From the NCBI GenBank assembly GCA_963798915.1, contig CAWCVB010000006.1, forward strand, positions 192,001-256,000: a DNA stretch of 64,000 nt, written 5' to 3'. The notes beneath the pieces were generated by a model. That model ran no database searches and was not told where the DNA came from. It saw only the letters and a list, made by a program, of their open reading frames with translations. The stretch is from an uncultured Gemmatimonadales bacterium. Its GTDB lineage: Bacteria; Gemmatimonadota; Gemmatimonadetes; Gemmatimonadales; GWC2-71-9. Positions 38,190 to 48,537 of the stretch are shown here, in pieces (position 1 is the stretch's first letter; the number at the start of each line of letters is the position of its first letter). The translations under genes and the position numbers were made by a program.

Positions 38190-39163
38190 GCGGTCAGCGT
38201 CCGGCGAAGCAGCAGGGCGAACAGGGGAACGCCAACCAGCGCTGTGACCACGCCTACCGGCAGTTCCAGAGGACGCATGACCGTGCGTGCCAGCGTGTCG
38301 GCCAGCACCAGGAAGATGCCGCCGGCCAGGAAGCTTGCCGGGATGAGAATGCGGTGCAGTGGTGTCCACGCGCGCCGAACTGCGTGCGGAATGACGAGGC
38401 CCACAAAACCGATGATCCCGCAGGTGGCAACGCTGGCCGCGGTCAGCAGGGACGCAGCGATGTAGACGGTGCGCTTGAGTCGCTCGGGATCGGCGCCGAG
38501 ATGCGCCGCGGGTTCCTCGCCCAGGGCAAGAAGGTCGAGCTGACGGGCAATGGCCCAGAGGAGAAGCAGCGGCGCCACCGAATAGGCCAGCAGCAGCAGC
38601 AGCGCCTGCCATGAGGCGGTTCCCAGCCCGCCCAGCAGCCAGATGATCGCATTGCGAAGTCGAGGCGCGTCCGAGAGCACAATGATGGCGCTCATGATGG
38701 CGGCGGCAAAGGCTCCCACCACAACGCCAGCCAGGAGCAGAACGCGCGGGTCGAGGCGGCGACCGCTCACCACCGCCAGGCGGTACACCAGCGCGACGGC
38801 GCCGAGCGCGCCCGCGAACGCCGCAATCGGGACCGCCCAGGTCGCGCCCGCATCGAGTGCGATGGCGCTCACGGCACCGAGGCCGGCGCCGCCGGACAAG
38901 CCCAGCAGGTACGGGTCCGCCAGCGGGTTGCGGACCAGCGCCTGCAACGCGGCGCCGGCAACACCGAGCCCGCCTCCGACCAGGAACGCGAGCAGGACCC
39001 GGGGCGCGCGCAACTGCCACAGGATCAGCTTGCTCGTGGCATCATGTCCCGCGATGGCGGCCCGCAGCTCGTGTGGTGAGAGCGGTACGGATCCGGCAAG
39101 CATTCCCGCCATCATGACGACGAGTGCCGCGAATGCGAGCAGAAGAAAGCGCCGGCCCGTCAC
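38186..39163 (-). CDS. btuC: ABC transporter permease (FecCD/BtuC family)
   Basis: Motifs LRAPR, RNPLADPYLLG, IGFVGLVIPH, ELPVG. Confidence 0.85.
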   Translation of the reverse strand: MTGRRFLLLAFAALVVMMAGMLAGSVPLSPHELRAAIAGHDATSKLILWQLRAPRVLLAFLVGGGLGVAGAALQALVRNPLADPYLLGLSGGAGLGAVSAIALDAGATWAVPIAAFAGALGAVALVYRLAVVSGRRLDPRVLLLAGVVVGAFAAAIMSAIIVLSDAPRLRNAIIWLLGGLGTASWQALLLLLAYSVAPLLLLWAIARQLDLLALGEEPAAHLGADPERLKRTVYIAASLLTAASVATCGIIGFVGLVIPHAVRRAWTPLHRILIPASFLAGGIFLVLADTLARTVMRPLELPVGVVTALVGVPLFALLLRRTLTA

Positions 39164-40089
39164 GGCGCGCTGTCCCGGTCGCGGAATGCGCGCAGCTGGC
39201 GGGCGAGATAACGGATGGCTGCCGGGGCCCGGGGACTGGGCTGACCAAACATGGTTCCACTGGCATGGACAAACCGCCGCTCACGAACGGCGGGCACCGT
39301 CTGCCATTCTGGGCGGCCCGCGAACGCGGGCATCGAGTCGCCCAGCACCAGCACCACGTCGGGGTCGCGCGCCACAGCGGACTCGATGCTGATCTGGCCG
39401 GAGGGTGCTGGCAGGTCGCGGTAGATGTTGCGTCCGCCGGCTCGCTCCACCAGCTCGGTCAGGTAGCTCCCGGCACCGATGGTAATGGGTGGATCCTGCC
39501 AGACCAGGATGAACACGCTGACAGCACGATTCGACGGGGAGACCGTGGCGGCCGCGAGGGAATCGGCAAATGCGCGCGCCATCGCGTCGGCCTCCGCTTC
39601 ATGGCCGGTCAGCCGGCCAAGCAGGGTGCCGACTCGCCCGACGTCGGCGAGCGCATCGGTGCGAACCTGCATCGTGGCAATGCCAAGGTCGTGCAGCTGA
39701 CGGGCCGCAAGTGCGTTCTGGCTGGACTGGTACAGGACGACGAGATCGGGCCTGCGGGCCGCAACCGCCTCAAGATTCGGGGTCATGCCATCGCCGACAG
39801 CCGGGACGGAAAGTGCGGCCGGTGGATACTTGCACCACGAGGTGCGGCCTACCACCGCATTGCCTGCCCCGACGGCAAACAGCAGTTCTGTCGTGGACGG
39901 AATGAGCGAGACCACACGAGTTGCCCGGTGTGGCAGCCGGATGGTGTCACCGGCATCGTCCACTACCTGGAGCTGCGCCCGAGATGGCGCACGCTCCACG
40001 GTCGAGCACCCGGCCGTGACGGCCGCAAGCAGGCAAACGCAGGTCCAGAAACGCAAAGTGCCCATTCCCGGAGAGCCGGCAATGGGCAT
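39160..40089 (-). CDS. btuF: Cobalamin-binding lipoprotein (helical-backbone SBP)
   Basis: Lipobox-like TAGC, RVVSLIPSTTELLFAVG, PSPR; start ATG 40089 or 40065. Confidence 0.82.
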   Translation of the reverse strand: MPIAGSPGMGTLRFWTCVCLLAAVTAGCSTVERAPSRAQLQVVDDAGDTIRLPHRATRVVSLIPSTTELLFAVGAGNAVVGRTSWCKYPPAALSVPAVGDGMTPNLEAVAARRPDLVVLYQSSQNALAARQLHDLGIATMQVRTDALADVGRVGTLLGRLTGHEAEADAMARAFADSLAAATVSPSNRAVSVFILVWQDPPITIGAGSYLTELVERAGGRNIYRDLPAPSGQISIESAVARDPDVVLVLGDSMPAFAGRPEWQTVPAVRERRFVHASGTMFGQPSPRAPAAIRYLARQLRAFRDRDSAP

Positions 40090-40161
40090 GAACAGCTCGC
40101 GTCTGGTTCTGCGAGATCCGTTCGGCCCACCCGACCCTCCCCCGAGGGTCTGACAGGTGGC

Positions 40162-40301
40162 ACGAACGGAGAGGTCTCCTGGCTCCGGGCCCTCCATCCG
40201 CCTTCCCGGTTTCCCAGTGGCTCGATGGACGGAGGCTTGCTGCCCGTTACAGTGGCGGGGCCGCGCCGGATTTGCACCGGCTTCCGAAAATCCCCGTTCG
40301 T
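40162..40301 (-). ncRNA. Cobalamin riboswitch
   Basis: GGAA-GCCGG-TGCAAAT-CCGGC, GCCACTGTAA, GCCACTGGGAAACCGGGAAGG, B12 box AGCCAGGAGACC, P1 ACGAACGG/CCGTTCGT; lies upstream of btuF. Confidence 0.93.
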
Positions 40302-40326
40302 CTGCTTCAGTTGTCGTGCTGCTAGT

Positions 40327-41457
40327 CTAGGCCCGGCCCCCTGAACGCGCAAGAGCTTCAGCCAATTCGCGCTTCAGTTCCTCGCGCCGACGCTGCAGCC
40401 TGGCCCGCTCGGCGCCGGCATCGAGGTCGAGCCTGGCAAGCTGATCGTCGAGCGCCGCAAGATCACCTACCAGCGCGGCCGCAGCGGCACCTGGCGCGTC
40501 TGGAGCCGCGACGCTGGGAGGGGCCGGAGCCCGGAACACCCGCACCAGTGTCACGATCACGGCGACCGCCAGCAGCGCAACCGGCACGACCAGCCATCCG
40601 CGTGCAAGACGGAAAGGCACCGGCACCGTGACCAGGACGACGTCGCCCGAGTCCACGACACCATTGAAGTGGCGAAATGGCCGTCCCTGAATCACCGTCA
40701 CGCTGTCAGTCGGCTGAAGGTTCCCGCCACGCACGGTCGCATCCGGCTCCTCCACCAGGACATTCACCCCGCTCACACGCTCGTCGAACGGGTAGACCAG
40801 GTGACCAGCGTTCGCGGGCAGGTGATACTGCACCGAAATCTGGCGCTCGCCCGGCGCCAACGGCGCCAGCACCAGGATGCTGTCGCGATTGCGGTCCACG
40901 GCCCCGGCCGAGAGATCGCCATCTTCGGCCGAGAACCCCGCCGCCTGCGGCGGGATCAGTGCGTGCCAGGTCGAAGATTGGCTGTCTCGAGCCACGCGGG
41001 TCCGCTCGCCGGGGTTGTCGACGACGATCAGTTCCACGACAGTCCGCGTGCCGTCCGCGCCCGGCTTGGCAATCACGATGTGGCGAGCTTCGGTGTGCAC
41101 TGGCGCCGAGGCGGACGTGTCGAAGACTTGCAAGGCAAGGCCAGTATCGGCGGTGGCCGGAGTGGTCGCGACGGGATTGGAGAAGTATTCAATGCCCTGA
41201 TAGCGTGCGGTCACGATATAGAGTGACGCGCTGTCGGGTCGGAAGCGGAAGGTGAATCGGCCACGCCGGTCGGTCGCCATCGAATCCAGCGGGCCCTGCA
41301 CGCTGCGGCCAATCCGATGCAGGACGACCATGGTGCCGGCGAGCGGCTCGGCCTGCGATCCGCGGACCACCTGGCCGGCGGCCGACGCGACCGGTTCTTG
41401 CCCTCGCGCCGAGGCGGGCCAGGCCGATAGCAGGAGCAGTGCTGCAACCAGCCGCAG
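40327..41457 (-). CDS. Exported membrane-anchored protein with N-terminal carboxypeptidase-regulatory-like Ig domain; start uncertain
   Basis: Signal-like segment, TDRRGRFTF motif, C-terminal TM plus helical tail. Confidence 0.65.
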   Translation of the reverse strand: MRLVAALLLLSAWPASARGQEPVASAAGQVVRGSQAEPLAGTMVVLHRIGRSVQGPLDSMATDRRGRFTFRFRPDSASLYIVTARYQGIEYFSNPVATTPATADTGLALQVFDTSASAPVHTEARHIVIAKPGADGTRTVVELIVVDNPGERTRVARDSQSSTWHALIPPQAAGFSAEDGDLSAGAVDRNRDSILVLAPLAPGERQISVQYHLPANAGHLVYPFDERVSGVNVLVEEPDATVRGGNLQPTDSVTVIQGRPFRHFNGVVDSGDVVLVTVPVPFRLARGWLVVPVALLAVAVIVTLVRVFRAPAPPSVAAPDAPGAAAAALVGDLAALDDQLARLDLDAGAERARLQRRREELKRELAEALARSGGRA

Positions 41458-41458
41458 G

Positions 41459-41950
41459 TCAGGGATTGAACTTGCCGAAATCTTCAGGATCCAGCTTCTC
41501 GAGATACTCGCGCAGGCGCTCGGCCTCGCGTGAGCCGGCGCCGTCACTGTCGTCGGCTTCAACCCCGCTCTGCTCGAGCAGCTGATCACTGGCGAAGATC
41601 GGCGCCTGCAGACGGAGGGCCAGCGCAATGCTGTCGCTGGGGCGCGCATCCACCTGGAAGACATGGTCCTCGCGCTGGATCAGGAGCTCGGCAAAGTAGG
41701 TGTTTTCCTTGACCGCGCTGATGAGGATGCGGCGCAGTTCGCCGCCAAGGCCGACGATGACCTGCTTGAGCAGGTCATGGGTCATGGGGCGCACCGCCTT
41801 CACGCCCTGCAACTCCATCGCGATCGCGCTCGCCTCGGCCGGACCGATCCAGATCGGCAGCACGCGCGACCCGGCCTTCTCGCGGAGGATGACGACAGGG
41901 CTCTCCGTGTTGCGATCAACACCCAGGTGCGCGACAGTCATTTCCTGCAT
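41459..41950 (-). CDS. Bifunctional nuclease domain protein (DUF151)
   Basis: Motifs LPIWIGPAEA, RPMTHDL, DARPSDSIALA. Confidence 0.92.
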   Translation of the reverse strand: MQEMTVAHLGVDRNTESPVVILREKAGSRVLPIWIGPAEASAIAMELQGVKAVRPMTHDLLKQVIVGLGGELRRILISAVKENTYFAELLIQREDHVFQVDARPSDSIALALRLQAPIFASDQLLEQSGVEADDSDGAGSREAERLREYLEKLDPEDFGKFNP

Positions 41951-41956
41951 GCAGTC

Positions 41957-43198
41957 CTAGCGCAACGCGCTGAGCAGGTCCTTAACGCGGTTGGTCTGCT
42001 CCCAGGTAAAGAAATCATACTTCCGCTTTGAGCGTCCCTCGGGCCCAACATAGCGGGCCGAGACCGGCTTCCGGCCGAAATGGCCGTACGCGGCGGTGGG
42101 CGTATAGATGGGCCGCTTGAGCTTGAGCGCCGCGATCAGCGCGCTGGGCCGGAGGTCGAAGACTTCCCGCACAGCTCGTTCAAGGCGCGAGTCCGGCATG
42201 GCGCCGGTGCCGAACGTGTCGACCATGACCGACACCGGCTCGGCCACTCCGATCGCATAGGCTACCTGGACCTCGCAGCGGCGGGCCAGCCCGGCCTCCA
42301 CAATATTCTTGGCCACCCAGCGCATGGCGTATGCGGCCGAGCGATCCACCTTGGAGGGATCCTTGCCGCTGAAGGCGCCACCACCATGCCGGGACATGCC
42401 GCCGTAGGTGTCGACGATGATCTTGCGGCCGGTGAGGCCGGCGTCGCCATGGGGTCCACCGATGACAAAGCGGCCGGTCGGATTGATGAAGAACTTGACC
42501 CGCCGGGCATCGACGCCGGCCTTGGCGAGCACCGGCTTGATCACTTCATCGACAATGGTGGCTCGCAGATGGCCGTCGCTGAGCCGACGGCTGCCGTTCC
42601 GCTCGCCGTGCTGGGTGGAGACCACGACGGCCTTCACCGCCACCGGCCGATCTCCCTCGTACTCGACGGAGACCTGGCTCTTGCCATCGGGGCGAAGCCA
42701 CTCGATCGGCCCGACACCACCACTCCCCTTGCGAACGGCAGCGAGCCGCTCGGTGATCCGATGCGCAAGCAGGATCGGCAGCGGCATTCTCTCCTTGGTT
42801 TCCCGGCAGGCATATCCGAACATCATCCCCTGGTCGCCCGCCCCCTGTTCGTGCCCGCGGGTCTCATTGACACCTTGCGCGATATCGGGCGACTGCCGGT
42901 CGATCGCCGCCATGACGGCGCAGGAGTCGGCGTCGAACCCGAACTGCGCGTCGGTGTAGCCGATGCGACGTACCGTGTCGCGCACGATGTCGGGGATATG
43001 CACGTAGGTCTTGGTCGTGATTTCGCCCGCCACGACTGCCATGCCGGTGGTCACCAGGGTCTCGCAGGCGACACGGCCATTGGGATCGCGCTCGAGGATG
43101 GCGTCGAGCACGGCATCCGAGATCTGGTCGGCGACCTTGTCGGGATGCCCCTCGGTGACGGATTCGGACGTGAAGACGTGTCGCTTGGAGGCGGCCAT
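41957..43198 (-). CDS. metK: S-adenosylmethionine synthetase
   Basis: Motifs [35 protein letters not shown]. Confidence 0.98.
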   Translation of the reverse strand: MAASKRHVFTSESVTEGHPDKVADQISDAVLDAILERDPNGRVACETLVTTGMAVVAGEITTKTYVHIPDIVRDTVRRIGYTDAQFGFDADSCAVMAAIDRQSPDIAQGVNETRGHEQGAGDQGMMFGYACRETKERMPLPILLAHRITERLAAVRKGSGGVGPIEWLRPDGKSQVSVEYEGDRPVAVKAVVVSTQHGERNGSRRLSDGHLRATIVDEVIKPVLAKAGVDARRVKFFINPTGRFVIGGPHGDAGLTGRKIIVDTYGGMSRHGGGAFSGKDPSKVDRSAAYAMRWVAKNIVEAGLARRCEVQVAYAIGVAEPVSVMVDTFGTGAMPDSRLERAVREVFDLRPSALIAALKLKRPIYTPTAAYGHFGRKPVSARYVGPEGRSKRKYDFFTWEQTNRVKDLLSALR

Positions 43199-43267
43199 CA
43201 GGTGAGTTCTCGTCAGGGTGGAGGTCAGCGCACCAGGCGCCCTCGGCGCCCGTGAATGGGGAGCAAG

Positions 43268-45064
43268 CTAGCGGCGCACCAGCGGGCGAGCAACGTCGCC
43301 CTCGGGCTCCAGCAGGCGAATATCGACGTGCTGCGCCGCCGCTTCGCGCAGGATGACGCTGACATCGCTGGCCCGGCGTGCCTCGAGCGCCTCCCCGGCC
43401 GCCGCCGCTGCCTTGGCGAGCGGCACCGCGCGAAGCAGCCATTTCACCATGACAAGCGCTGGCGGCGCCACACTCAAGGTGCGGATGCCCAGGCCCACGA
43501 GGAGCATGGCGTTCAACGGCTCCGACGCCATCTCCCCGCAGACACTGACTGCGAGGTGGCGCTCATCGGCGATGGCACGGATGTGGCGCAGCTGGCGCAG
43601 CATGGCCGGGTCGTGCGGCTGGAAGCGATCTGCCAGCCTGGCGTTGCCCCGGTCCACGGCCAGCGTGTACTGCGTGAGATCATTGGTGCCGATGCTGAAG
43701 AAGGCGCTGACGTCGGCCAGCCGGTCCGCCACGATCACCGCGGCCGGTGTTTCCACCATCACGCCGACCGGGACCGTCTCCGCCGCGGGAATCCCGGCGG
43801 CCTGGAGCCGGGCTGATTCCTCAGCCAGCATTTCGCGGGACCGCTCCACTTCCTCGACCGTCGTTATCAAGGGCAGCATCAACTTGATATTGCGGCCCAG
43901 CGCGGCGCGCAACACTGCTCGGAGCTGGTCGCGAAAGAACTCGGGGTGATCCAGGCAAACCCGGATCGAGCGCCATCCGAGGAAGGGGTTGGCTTCGTGG
44001 CTGGTCTTGAACGCGGCCGGAAACTTGTCACCCCCGAGGTCGTAGCTGCGGATGATGACCTCCTGCCCGGGAAACGCCGAGGAGACCCGCCGGAAATAGT
44101 CGGTTTGCTCATCCTCACCAGGCATGGTGCTGCGGCCACCCAGCATGAACTCGGTGCGCAGCAGCCCGACCCCTTCCGCACCGTTGCGCACGGCCGCGTC
44201 AATTTCATCGGGCAGGTCCACGTTGCCCATGAGCGTGAAGCGCTCGCCGTCGGGCGCCTGGGATGGCTCCGCGACAACGGTCTCGAGCTGCATCTCGAAC
44301 CGGTGCCGACGGCTCAGCCGGGTGCGCGCGGAATCCAGCTCGGCCGCGGTGGGATCGATCAGGATGGCACCCGATTGCCCGTCGAGCAGCACCATGTCCC
44401 CGGATTGAATCCGCCGCATGGCACCTTCCACCCCCATGACGGCGGGGATGCCAAGGGAATGCGCGAGGATCGCTGCGTGAGAGGTGCGCGTGCCTTCCTC
44501 GCTCACCAGCCCGACCACGTGATCCCGATCCAGCTGCACGGTCAGTCCGGGCGAGAGCTCGTGGGCGACGATCACCACATTCTGGTCGGTTTCCACGGCC
44601 CATGGCTGCAGCTCGCGCCGCCCCGTGAGGCGGTAGAGCATGCGCATCTGGATGGCGTGAAGATCGGGGAGGCGATCGCGAAGCTGTGCGCTCGGGGAAT
44701 TCTGGAACATCTGACGCAGCTCGAGCGCCTTGAACTCGTAGGCGGTTTCAGCGCTGAAGCGGTTTTTCCGGATGACGCCCTCGACCGCGGCGAGCATGTC
44801 CGGGTCCTGGGCCATGAGAATCTGCGCGTCGAAAATGCGCGCCTCGTCCTCCCCAGCCCGATTCAGGACCCGGGTCCGTAGCTGCCCCAATTGGGACGCC
44901 ACCACCCGCACGGCCGCGTGCAGCCGGCGCACCTCATGCTCGACCTCGTCCGCCTCCACCGTGCGGTCTGGCACATCGGGGATGTCCAGCCGCACCATGA
45001 GAGCCGGTGCCCACGCCGTCCCGGGCGACACGCCAATGCCGCGAAGCAGCCGGCCATCACTCAT
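43268..45064 (-). CDS. ptsI: PTS enzyme I
   Basis: Phospho-His motif TSHAAI, GLLRTE, EANPFLGWR, GTNDLTQY, CGEMA. Confidence 0.96.
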   Translation of the reverse strand: MSDGRLLRGIGVSPGTAWAPALMVRLDIPDVPDRTVEADEVEHEVRRLHAAVRVVASQLGQLRTRVLNRAGEDEARIFDAQILMAQDPDMLAAVEGVIRKNRFSAETAYEFKALELRQMFQNSPSAQLRDRLPDLHAIQMRMLYRLTGRRELQPWAVETDQNVVIVAHELSPGLTVQLDRDHVVGLVSEEGTRTSHAAILAHSLGIPAVMGVEGAMRRIQSGDMVLLDGQSGAILIDPTAAELDSARTRLSRRHRFEMQLETVVAEPSQAPDGERFTLMGNVDLPDEIDAAVRNGAEGVGLLRTEFMLGGRSTMPGEDEQTDYFRRVSSAFPGQEVIIRSYDLGGDKFPAAFKTSHEANPFLGWRSIRVCLDHPEFFRDQLRAVLRAALGRNIKLMLPLITTVEEVERSREMLAEESARLQAAGIPAAETVPVGVMVETPAAVIVADRLADVSAFFSIGTNDLTQYTLAVDRGNARLADRFQPHDPAMLRQLRHIRAIADERHLAVSVCGEMASEPLNAMLLVGLGIRTLSVAPPALVMVKWLLRAVPLAKAAAAAGEALEARRASDVSVILREAAAQHVDIRLLEPEGDVARPLVRR

Positions 45065-45327
45065 GATTCGCCAAATCCGTCGGCAATGAGCGCGCAGATC
45101 GCGGCCACGGCTTCGGTCTCGTCGCCGCCTTCAGCACGAACCTGTACGGTACTTCCACACTCCGCTGCAAGCATCATGACCCCCATGATGCTCTTGCCGT
45201 TCACCTCCATGCCGTCCTTCTGCAGGCGAATATCCGAACGAAAGCCCGCAGCGATCCGAACCAGCTGCGCGGCGGGGCGCGCATGCAGGCCCAAGGGGTT
45301 GGTGATCAGCGCCTCACGCTCCGTCAT
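45061..45327 (-). CDS. ptsH: Phosphocarrier protein HPr
   Basis: Motifs GLHARPAA (His15) and GKSIMG (Ser46). Confidence 0.95.
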   Translation of the reverse strand: MTEREALITNPLGLHARPAAQLVRIAAGFRSDIRLQKDGMEVNGKSIMGVMMLAAECGSTVQVRAEGGDETEAVAAICALIADGFGES

Positions 45328-46058
45328 GCAAGCACCCAGCGAAGGAACACGGCACCTCCCATGGCGATGAGCGTGAACCGGGGCGCCGAGTAGCGCGGGC
45401 CGGCCAGCCGGCTGGCCGCAATACCGGTGGCCGCCAGCAGCACCGTTCCGAGGACTGCTCGCGCGCCGAAGGGGGCCAGCAGCCATTCCGCAATCAGCGG
45501 CGACGCGACGCCAATGGAAAAGCCTGCCGCCGGACCAGCCCACGCCACCACCCGCGGCAGCCACGACCCGCTGATTGCGGCGCCAACCTTCATGCCAGTC
45601 GACAAGCCAGTGGTCAACGCCCATCGCGCAACGAAAAAGCGAACCAGGTTGAACAGCACCAGGAATCCGGCCACGGCATACCACGAGGCGCCAAAGGCGA
45701 TCGCCGCCAAGGTGGCCCCAAGCAGTCCCGGAAGGATCCCGGCCCAGAACAGTTGGTCCCCAAGTGCACCGAGCGGACTGCAGAGCGCTGCACGCAGCCG
45801 GGCAATCTGCTCGCCGGGCACGCCGTCGTATTCGGCCCGCACCAGCGCACCCAAGGCCAGTCCAGCCAGGTACGGATGAGAATTGAAAAAGAGAGCCGAT
45901 CGTGTGGTCGCCTCGCGAAAGCGCGCGGGGTCGGTGTCGCGCAAGGCCACCAGCAGCGGCCCGGCGGCATAGCCCATGCCGACCCCGAGCATCCGCTCGT
46001 AATTCCACGCGCCCTGCACCGCGAGGAGCCGGCGGCTCGAGGCCCCTTGCCCCTTCAC
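45324..46058 (-). CDS. PTS mannose-family EIID
   Basis: Motifs QGAWNYERM, FFNSHPY, PLGALGDQLFW. Confidence 0.9.
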   Translation of the reverse strand: MKGQGASSRRLLAVQGAWNYERMLGVGMGYAAGPLLVALRDTDPARFREATTRSALFFNSHPYLAGLALGALVRAEYDGVPGEQIARLRAALCSPLGALGDQLFWAGILPGLLGATLAAIAFGASWYAVAGFLVLFNLVRFFVARWALTTGLSTGMKVGAAISGSWLPRVVAWAGPAAGFSIGVASPLIAEWLLAPFGARAVLGTVLLAATGIAASRLAGPRYSAPRFTLIAMGGAVFLRWVLA

Positions 46059-46735
46059 GCAGCAAGAACCAATGCAACGCCAACCAATCCCCCGGCGACC
46101 AGCCAGCGAAGGCGCGCGCCACGGCCCGTGCTGCGCAGCGCTCCTCCCACCAGCGCGGCGATGCCCGACCCGATGGCGACGACGCTCAGCAGGGCCGCCG
46201 TGCCCGGATCAAGTCGCATCCAATGCTGAACCGCCCAGCCCAGGAGCAGTGCGACCGACGTAAGAAAGAGACCGCGCGAGGCGTCGAGCGCGATCGAACC
46301 CCGCTGGAGCCGCGCCAGTGCCGCCGGGTCCCCGGCGGCGAGCGCAGGCTCGGCGCGATGCACGGCGCGGCCAATCCGGTGGCGGAGCTGTCCCAGCGAC
46401 CAGCCGCCAAGCGACGCGACCACCAGGGCCAGCGCCACGGCAACCCCGAGCGACTGCTGCCAGGGACCGGTGCGAGCGACCAGCACCGCCGCACCCACCG
46501 TCGCCGGACCGTAGTCGGGATAGCGGGCGGCGCCGACCGGCAGCACGTCGAGGGCAAAGAGTTCCATGACCACGGCCAGCCGGAAGCCGGCCGCAAGGTC
46601 ACCCGCAATCCAGCCAGCCACCGCGCCGGCAACGAGCGGCCGCGCGATCATCATCTGGGGAACACTGACCAGGTCGAGCGCCACGACCGTGCCCCACCCG
46701 AGCAGCAGCACAATGGTCCAGAGCGGCAGGTTCAC
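46055..46735 (-). CDS. PTS mannose-family EIIC
   Basis: Motifs QMMIARPLVAG and ELFALDVLPVGA. Confidence 0.88.
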   Translation of the reverse strand: MNLPLWTIVLLLGWGTVVALDLVSVPQMMIARPLVAGAVAGWIAGDLAAGFRLAVVMELFALDVLPVGAARYPDYGPATVGAAVLVARTGPWQQSLGVAVALALVVASLGGWSLGQLRHRIGRAVHRAEPALAAGDPAALARLQRGSIALDASRGLFLTSVALLLGWAVQHWMRLDPGTAALLSVVAIGSGIAALVGGALRSTGRGARLRWLVAGGLVGVALVLAA

Positions 46736-47208
46736 TTGATGGCGCTCAGCGGCAGCGGAACTGCGGTTGGCACGTCCTGCGCCGTCACCATGGCGCCGGT
46801 CGCGCCGAGGGCGCGAAGTTCCTCGAGTTCGACATCACTCAGGTAGACATACGGCAAGCGCTCAGTCCGTCCCGGCTGGTGATGGATTCCGCCAAGATTG
46901 ATCTTTGAAAAGATCTCGGGCGCTGCGGCATGCAGCAGGACCATGGTGTGCAGGTTGCCCGTGAGAATGGCTGTCCGGACCTTGGATGACTGCCAACCGG
47001 CCACCTCGGCCAGGGCCGACTCGACGGTGCGGAAGACGACCTCGATCCCTCCGGGTACCGCCACCCGATAGAGGTCCTGTTCCCATTCATTCGAGGCGAC
47101 ATCATCGTCGACGAGGACGATCCGTTCGAGGCCGAGAGGCCGGCCCCAGCCAATCACCACCTGCCCATGGATCAGGCGGTCGTCCACCCGCGACAGCAGG
47201 ATCGGCAT
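46732..47208 (-). CDS. PTS mannose-family EIIB
   Basis: Motifs RVDDRLIHGQVV and INLGG. Confidence 0.92.
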   Translation of the reverse strand: MPILLSRVDDRLIHGQVVIGWGRPLGLERIVLVDDDVASNEWEQDLYRVAVPGGIEVVFRTVESALAEVAGWQSSKVRTAILTGNLHTMVLLHAAAPEIFSKINLGGIHHQPGRTERLPYVYLSDVELEELRALGATGAMVTAQDVPTAVPLPLSAIK

Positions 47209-47588
47209 CAGGGCACCTTGATGGAGTTTGTGCCCGACTGCGCCGAGCGACGGGCTGCTTCGGCCGGCGTCAGATCCCGGTGGTAGACGAAATCGACCAG
47301 CATCGCGAGGTTCACCCCGGTCACGACCTGCACATCCTCGCGGTCATGAAGGCGACGGAGCACCGCCAGCAGGCACGAGCCCGCCGCCATGTCCACGAAC
47401 ACGACGGCCGCCCGGTCGCCGACCGCCTCGGCCACACGTTGCTCCAGCGAGCCGCGATCGCACTGGTCGTTGGAGACGGGCGCGAGGCCGTCCCGCTCCC
47501 CGGTGATCCTGGCGACCGCATCGACCAGCGCCGCGGCCACGGACCCGTGGCCCACCACCACCCCACGCAAGCTGTTATTCGTAGTCAT
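47208..47588 (-). CDS. PTS mannose-family EIIA
   Basis: Motifs VVVGHG, DMAAGS, VTGVNLAML. Confidence 0.88.
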   Translation of the reverse strand: MTTNNSLRGVVVGHGSVAAALVDAVARITGERDGLAPVSNDQCDRGSLEQRVAEAVGDRAAVVFVDMAAGSCLLAVLRRLHDREDVQVVTGVNLAMLVDFVYHRDLTPAEAARRSAQSGTNSIKVP

Positions 47589-48537
47589 TTCGCAGGTACT
47601 CGCTGACGCCGCGCTGTTCTTTCATTCGCTTGATGAGCCGCTCGTTGAAGGCCGCCGCTACGTCCACCCCCGAGTATCGCAGCAGGTGCATCATGGCCAC
47701 CACCTCGGAGATAACCGTGATGTTCTTGCCGGGGTTCAGCGCCACGACCACCTTGGGCAGGCGCACCTCGAGGATGTCGGTTTCCTGCTGCAGCAGTCCG
47801 GTGCGATCCTGGTCCTTCGCCGTCTCCCAATCCTCTAGTTGCACCACCACTTCGATGCGCTTCTGCTGGCGCACGGCACGCACGCCGAACAGCGCCGGGA
47901 TGTCCACCAGGCCGATGCCACGAATCTCCATGTGGTGGCCAGCGAGCTCATGGCCCCGGCCAATGAGCACGTCGGATCCACGACGGGTCACCTGCACCAC
48001 GTCATCGGCCACGAGACGGTGGCCCCGCTCCACCAGGTCAAGGACGCACTCGCTCTTGCCGATGCCAGAGCGGCCCACGAACAGCAGGCCAACGCCATAG
48101 ACATCGGCCAGCGAGCCATGCAGCGTGGTGCGCGCGGCGAACGCTTCCTCGAGCGTGGGCTTGATCCGGCGATAGAACTCAGCCGTCTTGAGCGTGGACC
48201 GGAGCACGGGCACGCCACGCGCGCGCGCCAGCTCGAGCATTTCGCGGGGCACGCTCTGCCCCTTCGTGACAAAGACACAGGGCAGGTCGAATGAGAAGAA
48301 GTCGTTCAGCGCCCGCTGGCGGTCCGCTTCTTCGAGCGTGGCCAGGTAGGTCAGCTCGGTCTCCCCGAAGACATGCAGGCGCCCCGGCGTGAAGCGCGCC
48401 GTATAGCCAGCCAGCGCCAGCCCGGGGCTGGCGATCTCTTCGTCCGGGAGCGGGCGATCAAGGCCCAGCTCGCCCGTCAGGGACTCGAGCTGGAGAGGAT
48501 CGCCGCGGCGAGTGAGCAGTTCCCGGAGGGTGAGCAT
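47575..48537 (-). CDS. hprK: HPr kinase/phosphorylase
   Basis: Motifs GRSGIGKSE, GHRLVADD, MEIRGIG. Confidence 0.96.
   Translation of the reverse strand: MLTLRELLTRRGDPLQLESLTGELGLDRPLPDEEIASPGLALAGYTARFTPGRLHVFGETELTYLATLEEADRQRALNDFFSFDLPCVFVTKGQSVPREMLELARARGVPVLRSTLKTAEFYRRIKPTLEEAFAARTTLHGSLADVYGVGLLFVGRSGIGKSECVLDLVERGHRLVADDVVQVTRRGSDVLIGRGHELAGHHMEIRGIGLVDIPALFGVRAVRQQKRIEVVVQLEDWETAKDQDRTGLLQQETDILEVRLPKVVVALNPGKNITVISEVVAMMHLLRYSGVDVAAAFNERLIKRMKEQRGVSEYLRNDYE

Noticed and set aside
43199..43267. Possible SAM riboswitch upstream of metK
   Set aside because: The gap is only 69 bp and no SAM-I core motifs are recognisable; very short SAM classes are not strictly excluded without cmsearch
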